In this document: piece after piece, positions 18,040-29,350 of the stretch
How the letters are laid out: the number at the start of each line of letters is the position of its first letter
Numbering within the stretch: position 1 is the first letter of the stretch
Source of the DNA: Klebsormidium nitens
Taxonomy: Eukaryota; Plantae; Klebsormidiophyceae
Assembly: GCA_000708835.1 (NCBI GenBank)
Contig: DF237158.1
Span: 62,001-126,000, forward strand
Direction: 5' to 3'
DNA: 64,000 bases
Made by a program: the position numbers and the translations under genes
Notes under the pieces: generated by a model
Seen by the model: the letters and a program-made list of their open reading frames with translations, nothing else
What the model was told of the DNA's origin: nothing
Database searches by the model: none

Positions 18040-20259
18040 GAGTAAGGTTCCTTGAAGCCTCTTCTACTTTACAAACTGGCTGAGTGCCAACAGCCTCTCT
18101 CTGCACATTGTCTGTAATATTCATTCTCTGGGCTCTTTTAATCTCTTGACGCACTTTATTTGATGCTGTCTCACAGGGTCGTTTGTGGTGTTGGAATCTA
18201 TCTGCGGTGTTTCTACATTGGAATAAAGATAAAGGAAGCGGTGAGAACTCGAGATGAAAGAAGCCGTCACCTGGGATAGTGCTTGACCCTTTCTAGGAAG
18301 CTAAATTCTGCACCCTTTTGTTTCGAACCCCAGGTGATATTTGATGTTGTTGGAGCCCAAGCTAGAGCGCTTCATGTGACCTTTTTCTGCAAAAAACTTG
18401 TCGTTCATCATGATGGGTACTATAACAAAACAACTACCTAGATAAGGGTCACTATTTGAGTATTCAAAATTAGCAAGTTAGTGGCCTTTGTCCGTGTACA
18501 AATATGTATTGAATTGGGCATCTTACGGAGACGTTGATCTCAATAAAGTCCCACGAGCCTTCGGGCGAAAGCAGGCAAGAAGGGTCATTCGTTCCTGTTG
18601 ACATTTGATGGCAAGTATTGGTGATAACAGTGGTCCCTCAGCTTAACTGGCTTGTTGCTTATTGTCACATTGTCACAACTAGAGTTCAAAATCTTTACAA
18701 GATCGAGCAATAGAACTAGATCTAATAATTGTATGTTTTCTCTTGATTGCCTCAACAAGGTCGCAGTTGTTTCTCCGCACATATGCAAGCGATATCACAT
18801 ATGCATTCGGTATATCCATACCGTGTAATCTGCTATCAAACATGAAGCAGACCTGTTGGAGCCAGTGGCCCCGGTCATAGTCCCATGAAAAAGTCCCGAA
18901 AGCTCATGCATGCAAGATCCCGAATGCTTCCATCTCACATGCTGTAATCTCCAACGTACAGACGAATCATTGTAACGGCCCCGCAATGGACGACATTGTA
19001 TGGCCCATGTCCAACCCGCGAGCCGGTCCTCAACGGGCCGCAACATGTACACTTTGTACGAGGCTTCGAAACCAAGGATTGGTTTTGAATGCCGATCGCG
19101 CGCGTATCAGTGGCCGGATGTCTTAGATCCTCAGCCTGACATGTGTATAGTATATTGAGAATCTTGCCATTGAATCTCGCGGAGCAGCGACCTCCGTTGG
19201 ATCGCGGAAGCTCCGCCTCATCCGATCGTCGAGCAGGCCAGCTGGATATTTCTTGGTCAGTGGGCTGCACAGAGGCTTAACAGCCTTAGCAGCTAGGAGG
19301 CCGTAAGAAGCTCGCAAATGGAGGATTAAGCTGTGCGCATAGTGTTGTGAGGCGCTGTTCCATTTTGAGTGAAGCTGTGTGGCTTTTGCGGAACGCCTGA
19401 AGGTCTACCTTCTTAGCCGCAACGATGTTCAAAATGTATTCATGTAGCTGGAGGTGCGGTAAAGGCAGCAATTGTGCAGCAATCTTGTCTGAAGTGCGGG
19501 AGTGCGGCAGCTGGCAGGACCGACACCGACATGTATAGGGTCATAGGGTTTGATAGCACGGTGTCCTGACGTTGTGCCTTCAAGACATCGTGGCCGTCGT
19601 GCCATATTCGCATCCAGCGCACCATGCTACCATAAGATGCAGACGACGGAGAACTTTGAATGATTGAATAGATATTGAAGTCACTTGCTTGAGAATCATC
19701 GTCTTCAGAAAGTTGCATGGGATTGCAGTAGAGATGTACCAGAAATGACAATTGCCCGGGAATGGTGTAATGGTGGCAAGTCCTTGAGGCGTCCTTTCAA
19801 TTAATCTTCTTCCTTCCTAGCTGTTTATACCACACGGCCATGATGCCCATAACGCGCCCATGACGCGCTTTGCCACGGCATGATCGTTAGCTGCTCAGTG
19901 GGGGATCGGAGCGTTGCCTTCAAAGGAGAAAACGGTGGAGTTCGCTGATGTTTAACATGCAACACACTGCTAGCTATGATACTATGAGATGGGTTTAAGT
20001 AAGTTGAGCCATTGTGAGCCTTTGGCATCATCTTGACATCGAGCGACTAAGCGAGCATCGAGCGATCGAGCTTCCGTCACAATAAAAGCATCAGCACACT
20101 GCCATGATGCGGCTACATGGCTTGAACACTGATGCAATTGAATGATAGTCTGATAGGTAAGTCGACTAGCCTTGAGGACAATGCTACAAATTACAATGGT
20201 TGTTGGAAATCTAATGTAAACCCATGCACATTTAAACATTTCGTCAATGATGCATGCAG

Positions 20260-20377
20260 CCTGGCAGACTTGGCTTTTTTTTTTTTTTTTTTGGGGGTTG
20301 ACCGTCTGGCACATGCAGCTCGTCAGGTGGAAACTGCAGACTAGTATACGCCTCAAGGGCAACCTGGCAGACTTGGC
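20260..20377 (-). mobile_element. Short poly(A)-tailed retro-insertion (5'-truncated LINE/SINE-like) with 15-bp target-site duplication
   Basis: cctggcagacttggc occurs at 20260-20274 and 20363-20377, flanking T18 (20275-20292; A18 on the minus strand) plus a ~70-bp body. Confidence 0.7.
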
Positions 20378-20469
20378 AGGTCCAAGGATACAGGCAGTTA
20401 CATTCTTACAGGCTACTTACAGCAGGCGGCTAAAGAGGGGCTAAAGGGGCTAAGTTCTAACGTTGGCAG

Positions 20470-21830
20470 CTACCGGTACGCCGATCTCGAGGTACGGTAT
20501 GGGCCGGGTGTCACATGCGTGCGCCCCGTCCGGTCGTGCGGCCGGGCATTAAAATCTATCTGATCGAGATCGGAGTTTTGACGTCATCGGGGTTTCCAGG
20601 TATCACGGAAATTTGATCAAGTCAATGCTGCGATAAACACGCACATCGTACGACGTTATGGAAATATGGATACGTTATGGGATACGGTTATAACTTATTC
20701 CTACGACACCATCATGGATCGATGGTCGACGGCTTCCAAGAAGTCGAACGGTGAAGCTATTGGTACAAAAGACACTACCGTACACGTAGGTACCTGGTAC
20801 AGTGGTACCTACGGTACTACCTACCTACTTACCGTACCTGTCCAGTGCTTTAATTGTATCGCTGCTCGCAGGTGCTAGGTGCCTACCGGTACTTGGATGT
20901 ACGTAGGTACAACGGGCAATGCCTACCGTACTGTTTCTGACGAATAAAAGCACCTACCGGTACCGTTGCTGCGGGTCGAGTCAACTCTCGACCCATGCTT
21001 CGCGACGCGGTACCTACCGTTATTAAGTACTGGGTCCTGGGTACCTTGCTCAATTGGATACCGTACGAAAGAGTGCCCGAGTCTGGTACCAGGTAGCTAC
21101 GCATCGGCCAAGATCGATTGTACAAGCCGGGGATCCCCCTCAAACATCTCCCGGTACGGTACGGGTACCTACCTAGGTATATGCAATCTTAATTGATGTA
21201 CCGCACGGTCCGCACCTAGCTGTAGGACTTAGGCTGCTGTCATGCTGGTGGTTCTTTTGCCCCTTTGCTAACCGATACCGGTACCGGTATTGTTATTAGG
21301 GTCGTACGCCCGGGAGGTTCAAAGTTGCCCGGCCATCTAATCGGCCCGCCAGATCTAGCCTGAGTTTCGCTGGAGTTTGATTTGAGTTCCGAAATCCGAC
21401 GTGGCACCGGCCAAACTCAGGCGAAACTCAGGCAGGAAACGACCCAAAATGCACTTTTGGGCAAACTCCGGTTAAACTCAACTCTGTTAGAAAAAGACCG
21501 GCAATTTAGGAACCTACCAAAGGGGCTGGGTGTATCGTGTCAGCCCTTGGGCCGGGATTCGGAAGGTAATGGGTACGTACCTTTGTCAGGCGGTCGTTTG
21601 CATACTAGGTACAAGTTGTGGTTGGTAGTACGGTACCTAGGTACCAAGAAATTGATTATCAAAATCCGGGCAATTCCAAGTTCCTGGGTCCTACAGCTGC
21701 GGCACTGTGTGCTCTCGGCCCTCGGGTCGTCGTCGGTAGTTTGAACAGTACGTACCTGGCTCCGTACGGTCCGTACTACCAAACCGTATCACCGGAATCT
21801 CGTTCTCAATTTCACTTGTACCGCCAACCC
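20470..21830. repeat. GTAC/TACC-rich low-complexity tract
   Basis: Manual count: about 27 GTAC in 20470-21310 and about 11 in 21570-21825, against roughly one per 256 bp by chance. No ORF with recognisable homology. Confidence 0.6.
21358..21433. repeat. 23-bp inverted repeat (20/23 match) with 30-nt spacer, built from AAACTC units
   Basis: gcctgagtttcgctggagtttga (21358-21380) pairs with ccaaactcaggcgaaactcaggc (21411-21433). Further AAACTC copies lie near 21463 and 21475. Confidence 0.7.
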
Positions 21831-22986
21831 GGTCAATAATGACTCCGAAAACCTCTTGGGTTCAGTTGGCAGAGCAACCGGCAGCTACAGCAGACCGCTC
21901 ACGACCCTGAATCGCCCCACGTGGAGGTCTGGGCAAGTGGTTGGGAGGGCGCAGGGAAGTTTTAGAAGTTTGCGGGCGAAGCTGCTTTTGACCGCTGGGG
22001 ACGAATACTGATTCTCGATTGCATGATTTTAAGAAACGCTCCCGAGGTTTTCTGCCCCACTGGGTTGAAAAGGAACGAGAAATATGTGCAAAATCCAAAT
22101 ATGAGCGTTGTGAGCCTCTCCTGCGACTCATGAACAGAAGGCGGTGTAATCGTGTAACGGTTGTCGGCTTCGAGAAACCCGGAGAGTATAAGCGAAACAT
22201 CGAAACGCATCTTTGTCAACTCGCGACCGTCGGATGCTGCTTCGGAAGACGGAAAGAGATTCAATTGGACGGCTGCATTTCGTTCGGAAGTTAGTGATGG
22301 GATCTTCGAGGCTACCGCGCGCGCTGCTTCTGCAGTCCGAAGTTCTCGCTGCAGTTTTAAAGGTGTATCGTATGCGCAAAGTGGACTCCGGATTGTAACA
22401 GGCGCAGTCTAGTACAGGCCGAAATCCGCATCATTCATCTGTGGCGCCGCTTTGACGTCTGGTCTGACAGACTGACAACCTTTCACGGCTTGTAAAGCAT
22501 GGCGGGTCAACGTCGTCTTCAGAGAAGTCGAGTTTGCTGCAATTCCTGCTTTGCGTGGATTCGTGCTTGGCGCCTGACAATCCGCCTCCGTAGCCTGTGG
22601 GGTCGCAACACATGGGGGGCAGCCATCATAGCAGCACTTTGCTATCATCCTTTGCCGCACGGAATGCTCTTTCACAAAAGGAAGGTGTTGGGGTCAGGCG
22701 TCCTTCAGGGCCCAGGGCGAGGTGGTAGAAGAAGTGATTGCTGCAAAAAGCACATCTTTGCAACACTTGTTGCAAATCACCGAGGTCGCATCAAAGTTGT
22801 GTTGAAAAATTTGCTGTCCTTATTCCGCTGGGGTTCAAGGAAGCAGGCATCTCGTGTCAGAGCCGGTTGCTTCAAGGAATAGTTGTTGTGTCCCAGTTTC
22901 GTTGGTAATCCTGTGAAGGTGGGCCATCGCAGTGTGGAGGGGTGGCAGCAGAGAGGAATCTGTGAGGCCGAGTGTAAGGCCAGGGA

Positions 22987-24879
22987 ATGAGGATGGCCGG
23001 GAATAGCGCTGGATCAGCATGTGCTGCATGCAAATTTCTTCGCAGGAAATGCACTGCACAGGTATGCATTCCTCCTAAAACTGGGAGCATAATCCTTTTA
23101 TGCTGGGGCTCCCAATTGCCCTTGAATGGGGGCAACTTTCGTCAGGAAATGTTGTCATTGTAACCTCCTTTGATTGGTGGTAGCACTGGCATCAGAAGTT
23201 GGCCTTCCCCGTACCTTGCATGACGATTGCCCTGTGTTTGTCTACCCTGCAAAAGTCTCCAAACATCTTCTCGTTTTCCTGCAGTGCTTGTTTGCTCCAT
23301 ATTTTCCCCCCGATCAACCACAGAAGTTCGCAAATGTCCACAAGGTAGGGTACAGACCTGGGACTCCTGATTGTTAGCGCCTTCTAGTGATCTTCTTCTG
23401 AGGAAGTGGTTGCTCAAAATAAAGCCCATTTTGATTGTGTGCATTGCAGAGAGGGCTCAATCTTTGGAAGACAGCATTAGCAACAATTCCATTGCACAAG
23501 AGGAGGTTGTATGCTATTACAACGATTACAGGTAGTTCCATAGGAAGGCGGTCCTGAAAAGCGACGCTTCAGTAGTCTCTGCCTTGCTGGGGTGCTGAAG
23601 AATTCCACTTGGAAACATGTGTTAAGGTCACCCGGACTGGGATCTACAATGCCATGATTTTGCTCCTCCCAAGACTTTTTGGTTCTCTGAACCATTCTGG
23701 CTCTGCATGGCTGTGTTTTGGCGGGGTGATTGCACTGTCCTCGAGTAGTTTACCACGTACCTCCATATAGTTTACTGCGTCAGCAGCTTTGACTAGGCAC
23801 TGAGCACAAGTTACCTCAAAATTTTGCAATGAAAACGTGCACTGCTCAACAGCACTCTGACGAAGCTGAACCAACGCCAAGATTGTAGCGGTGTCGATTC
23901 CGAGTCTTGCCGCTTCAGCGATCTTCTGTACGCGGGGTGTCTGTGGCGAAAGCACTTGCCTGGACCTATTGCGTAGGGTGCGCTGGCAGGGAGCTTGCTT
24001 GTCAAATCAGGTCCCTTGATCAAAGTTTCCTTTTTTATAGGCAGTTACGGTTGTAGAAACAAATCTTCTGTGTAGGTTAATCTGAAACCTCAATGCAAAA
24101 GATATTGTCCGTATATTCTAGGGAAGTACCAAAACTTTTTACACCACCCTGCAATCTTTCACTGTGGTTTCACCTTGACCTGAAGCACTGATTCATCGTG
24201 CTGGTCTGTTACTGGAAGAAGTCAATCATTTGGCTTTAGGAAGTGCTTTTGACCAAAATTTGGAGTCATTTCAATCTTTATTCAAGTAGAGAGACACGCT
24301 TATCTCTGTTGTGTTTTGTGTTGGGCGACCCTCCGGCCCCATCAGACAACCCGATAGTGAGCCTTTCAGAAGGACGTTGGCTTCTATGCAGCTTTATCGA
24401 CCTGTTTCGTGGCTCTGCTGCACAAATCTTGCTTCTGACATCTTTGAAACTCCGCTGTTCAATTCCGATGGGTCAGGCCCATACCTCGCTTGTTTTTTTT
24501 GCTGCAGATCTTTGGTGTGGCCAACATCACGAAGCTGCTGTCCGAACTGCCCCTCCATCAACGAGAAGACGCTGTCAACAGCCTGGCATACGAGGCTGAC
24601 GCGCGTGTCAAAGATCCCGTGTATGGCTGCGTTGGGGCCATATCAGTCCTTCAGCAGCAGGTTGCCCAGCTCTCTGCTGACCTCGCTATCGCCAACGCAG
24701 AGCTGGCCAGATACCAACAACGCGGCCCTGCGCAGGGGGGGCTACAACAACAAGCGGGGCCTTCGGATCCGCTTGCGTTTGCCACGCTGGCGGGAACCAT
24801 GGCTGCGCTTGGGGGCATGCAGGGGCAAGGGGGTTCAGTAGGACCACTCCAACGACCTCCACACGGACGGCAGAGCTGA
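22987..24879 (+). CDS. LBD: Class I LOB-domain (LBD/AS2-like) transcription factor, 168 aa
   Basis: Exons 22987-23061, 23285-23344, 24508-24879 (507 nt). C-block CAACKFLRRKCTAQC (CX2CX6CX3C), then LFAPYFPPDQPQKFANVHKIFGVANITKLL, GAS block NSLAYEADARVKDPVYGCVG, leucine zipper LQQQVAQLSADLAIANAEL, and a Gln/Gly/Pro-rich tail. An in-frame upstream TAA at 22975 supports the ATG. Confidence 0.95.
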
Positions 24880-27160
24880 TAGCAGGAGCAACCCTGAGGG
24901 ATACGGTGTTGATGAGCCACAGCAGCCCGCCATCCAAAGGGTTTCATCACTGTAGACTAGGCAGGAAGGGTAGCATAGGTGCTAATCTTTAGGTGGAGTC
25001 AGCAGCAGCCTAAAAGAACTTGCCAAGGCGGGGTTGTTTTCTGCTCCAGTCATGCATATATGTGGATATTATTCCACTCTTTGTATAAGAGGACGGCAAG
25101 CAGATGATCCGGTAGACATCCTATAAGCTTGATGGATCGAGCTGGGGCTGCAAGGGAGCGGGAATTGTTGGATCTCTGTACCCTGCGGTGAGTGTGCATA
25201 AGGACGACAATAGCTGCGACAGAGAGATAGAAGCAATGCTGGCTTTTCATGGCTTAGACGGACGTTCGTAACAGCTTTCATTAGCTTTGTCTGGTCCGGC
25301 CAAGTTATTTCTAGACTGAGATGAAGACGGGTACGAGCTTCAAGGCACAACAAACATCAGCTCGGTTCATAAATGGGGCCAGTTTGTTGGCGCAGATGGC
25401 AACGCAGAGAAGCTAAGTTCTCCATCAGAAGCATTGCAAGATTGGACTATGCTCGCTGGGTCTCTCTTTATTTGGATCTTTTGTGAGCGGGCAAACTGTA
25501 GTTTCAAGAGTAGCTATATCAATATTAAAGCAGGTAAAAATGATCTCGTTTTTGAGCACGTGATTCAGGCTCGACATTTCAGTTATTCCGTGCATCAGAT
25601 TGCATTTGATCATGCAAGCCATGCTGTACATCTGAAAGCGTTAGACCGGGGCTGCATCCCAGCGGAGATGATCAGCGAGCTCCCGCGTGCACTTACATAT
25701 CGACGGTTAATGCAACTGAATTTATTCTTTATGCAGCATCTATATTGGCCATGGTTGCAATCTCTGTGCTACACTCTAGTTGTCACTGGTCCATTGCTAA
25801 CTAGACTCCTTTGAAATCGACAGCATCTGGGTCAAGTAATCTGGCTAGCTGTGAGATACGTTTAACTTCGTACTCTGTAGATCTTTAATTTCACTGGGTA
25901 TACACGAACGAACAATTTTGATTGCTTCTAGGAAGGATTGACTAGCACATGGCGGCCGCCATGCAGGCTGCAATCTGGCCTACAGCTAAGTAGTCGACCG
26001 TCCACTCGAGTATAATAATGATGATATAGCTAGCCAAGTAGTCGACCGTCCACGAGTACTAACACAGATTAGGCTATAGATGTTATTGAGCAAGGTTAAC
26101 ACGTACGACCCGTCTGCATTTGTTTTACCAAAGCCACCTATTTGGTGCGCATGGTCCATGCCATGAGCTGGCCATGGAGCTGCTGCATTGAAGTAAATTC
26201 TATATATTTGTGATGTGTCGAGCCATGTGAAGGCGCAACCGTGTCGAATACTGGTATAGCCGGGCCCGCCTATTCAGTGCTTCGGTCGTTCAGAATCATT
26301 ATAAGCCGCTCCGCTCAAGCTATAGCTAGCTTACTAAGATGCATCAAACCTGCGCAGCATGCACCGACGGCGCCGCGCCGCGAGACAAAAACTGATATTC
26401 TACATGCAATCAAGCTGCATGATTGTGCTGTCACCACACGATGGAGATTGATTGCCACATACGACACATCATGCATGCTGAGTTCGTACTGCACTGGACG
26501 CAGCTTGCAATCAACTCATTATCGTAATTTAAAACAGGCAGCATGATCATTGACGTTTGCAGTGGGACTCAGTCTGATTAAGTATATAAACATACCAGTC
26601 ATCGCGCGGAGACAGATTTCATGGATTCCGCAGTCCGAGTCGAAGCATATGAGAAACGTACATGCGCATGCGCCGTCAGAATGGGCCGGAGCGATGCCTT
26701 CGCCTTCAATGACGCTTTCCACACCGCGCTCCAGGGTTGCATCGTTGGTCAACACCTCGGACGATTATTGGACCCTCGTTCTTATCTTTCGGAGCCTCTT
26801 TCTATGTAATTCTCGAATCCCGACTTGGAAGAGAAAGCCATGCACTGATGCATCTACCTATTCCAACGTCTTGGTATCGGATGGTCGGAGTGCAAGATTT
26901 GCCCGAATGCTTCCAGCTAGCTACACTAAAATTTTTAATAAGCATGATTGGAATGTGACAAACGAAAGTACAGCCAGAAGTCTGGCAGGCGTCCTTTTTA
27001 AAATGACAAAGTAGCTCACTTTTTAATCCACACAAAACGAGCGACCTTGACTACTGGACCTTCTCATGTGGACTTGACAGAGGACCAGGCTTGGTACAGA
27101 CTTCCAGTTCAGCATTATTCCCTGGTTGCTAGAAACATTCAATGCCTAAGAGCTGTTGCG

Positions 27161-28483
27161 CTACCGGGCCTCAAACTGGACGACTGCGCGACCAAGAGGA
27201 ATAGATCAGGCTTAGACAGAAGCCTGAATAACAGGTCAAACAATTGCCGCCAAGACCATGCTTGCGTTCAAAAAGACATGCTGGAAGACAAGCAGACGTG
27301 TGACAGGTAGTTCGTAAAGCCGCCACATCAGATAGCTTTTGTGAATCACAACAAGCATCCAGACATGGAGCAAACAAGGATTTGACTTACTTCTCTTGGT
27401 TCGCTTTTTGTACAGAATCCTGTAACCACATTCTCGGCACTGAATCACATCGCCAGGTTTTAGGGTGCTGTCTGCTCCACAATCTGTGCAGGAGACCAGA
27501 GCATAATGGGTGTGAGGACCCAAAAGAGGCTTCACAATTCTCTGGACTCACAAGCTCATTGGCATGCTGCCCCCTTTCGATGCAAGAACTAAGGAGAATG
27601 CGAAGTACCGGAGCTTTACCCCGAAAACTAATTGTCCAGGACTGGATCAGAGGCAGCAACTCGGCATGTGCAAAATGACAGCTTCTAAAGCACCCCAGCA
27701 ACAAATAGTTTGAAGCACTGGCATCCTCAAGTTTGCGTTTGCGTCTAACAAATCAAACTGCTGTACAGGACTGCAAAGATAAGACATGGTGGACCCAACA
27801 GCCCCAAAACCCGGAGTGTAAGCAAGGCTCAATGCCCCACCCCCCCTGAACTAACCGCCCGCTCCTCCAACTCCCACCAGCAACAATTGCAGAATTTTGA
27901 ATACAAGCACAAACGATAGTGGGGCACAGTGCTTAAATTCATAATCATACAACTCTCAGAACATTTCGAGAAGTAGCTGGAGTTCAAGCGAGTCCCTCCT
28001 GTCCAGCTGCAACCGGCCTGCCATGACAGCCTCTCTGCTGTAAACAAGGTGCCCTTAAGTCATCCAAGTGCAGAGCTGGGGACCCAGCTTTGCAGTCACA
28101 GCATACGACTCCAGTGTCAGACCCGGACCGTGCTAAGAGAGTTGCGTAGTTTGTGACAACTTTTGAAACGCATCTCATCAAAACAGTACTCCCTTGAAAC
28201 ATTTCCCAACGTACAACACCTTTGAGGCATGCTCAATCTAGATAGCAGGGCACAGCAGAAGGTCAACAAATCTTTTTTCAAGTATCATGAAAAGTCATTC
28301 AAGTGGAACTAGCGCGTCAGCATGTTCCAGCAATCGCAAGCAGCTTTTTCCAAAACACTGAAGATAAGTCATCCAGGAAGAATCACTGTAAGAGACAATC
28401 AGCAGCGTTTAAATTGTCCTACCTCCACACAAGTAGGTCACTGGCTCAGGTGCTGTTGGCTCCTGTGGGCGTCCAGGATCCAT
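27161..28483 (-). CDS. RPB12: RNA polymerase I/II/III common subunit RPB12 (RPABC4/NRPB12), 58 aa
   Basis: Exons 28483-28423, 27483-27391, 27183-27161 give [58 protein letters not shown], with the CxxC...CxxC zinc ribbon. Confidence 0.97.
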
Positions 28484-29350
28484 TCCCGCTCCCTGGGAAA
28501 AAGTGCGGCCGCAAATTGTCTGGTATGTCCAAGATGATGTTGCCGCGCAGCAACAAGATCGTGGTTGCTTCTGTCTCCTACAGGATTGTGGAAGCAAGGG
28601 ATCAAATTTACTGTTGCTGGGTTGAGAATTTAAAGTGTTGTCGCACGCCCTATTTGTTTCCTCGCCCTCTTCTAAACAGAAGAGACTCGTATACCACCTT
28701 GCCTTCTGGCCGCACACCACTTCGACTTTGCAGGTTGCCTTGTTTAATGACAGTCTGCCTGAGGCTACAGGTTACAGCAGCCTCGTGACCCGTCACTTGT
28801 GAAGGACGAGAAGCTGGGCACAGGCCGAGCATGGGAAAGGTATGCGGACACAACTCTGTTTGAGCAATGCGAGCATACCAACGTTTTCTTTACCGGCGCC
28901 GAGAACGGCGTTACCATTGGTGCTTTTGGCGGCCGTCCGGGGCTGCAGACACTATACTACGTATGTCGCCGCGTAGGACACGTTCCTCAACTGCATTTCA
29001 ACCGCTTGCGGTAACGGGGCCGGCAGCCAAACGGCGTAGGGCTGAGGGACTGGGTCCTCATGAATACTGCTGCATGCAGCCTGCAGGCTCCATCATTCAC
29101 ATCATGCACCCAGCCTCCTCGTTCTCACACCAGGCCGGTCGAGGGATGAAGAGGAGAGGAGCCCTGTCCAAGAGAGGCGTACTTACGAGCCGCAAGAGCA
29201 AGACGGCTTTTCCTCCAACAAGGGGAGGAAACAAGTTTGGACAACTAGATGTATTCCTCCAGCGGCAGAAGTAAAGAAAAGGAAACCTGTGTTGCACTAA
29301 CAATGTGAGAAGGACCGTTTACAGTCATTGTGCATTCAGTCTCATCAACC

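Noticed and set aside
23450-23531. Exon-like segment (ERAQSLEDSISNNSIAQEEVVCYYNDYR) with AG/GT borders in LBD intron 2
   Set aside because: Inclusion would break the conserved HK-IFG junction of the LOB domain and is phase-incompatible.
25988-26058. 18-bp direct repeat aagtagtcgaccgtccac with ~30-bp spacer (CRISPR-like at first glance)
   Set aside because: There are only two copies, in a eukaryotic context with no cas genes. It is a simple local duplication.
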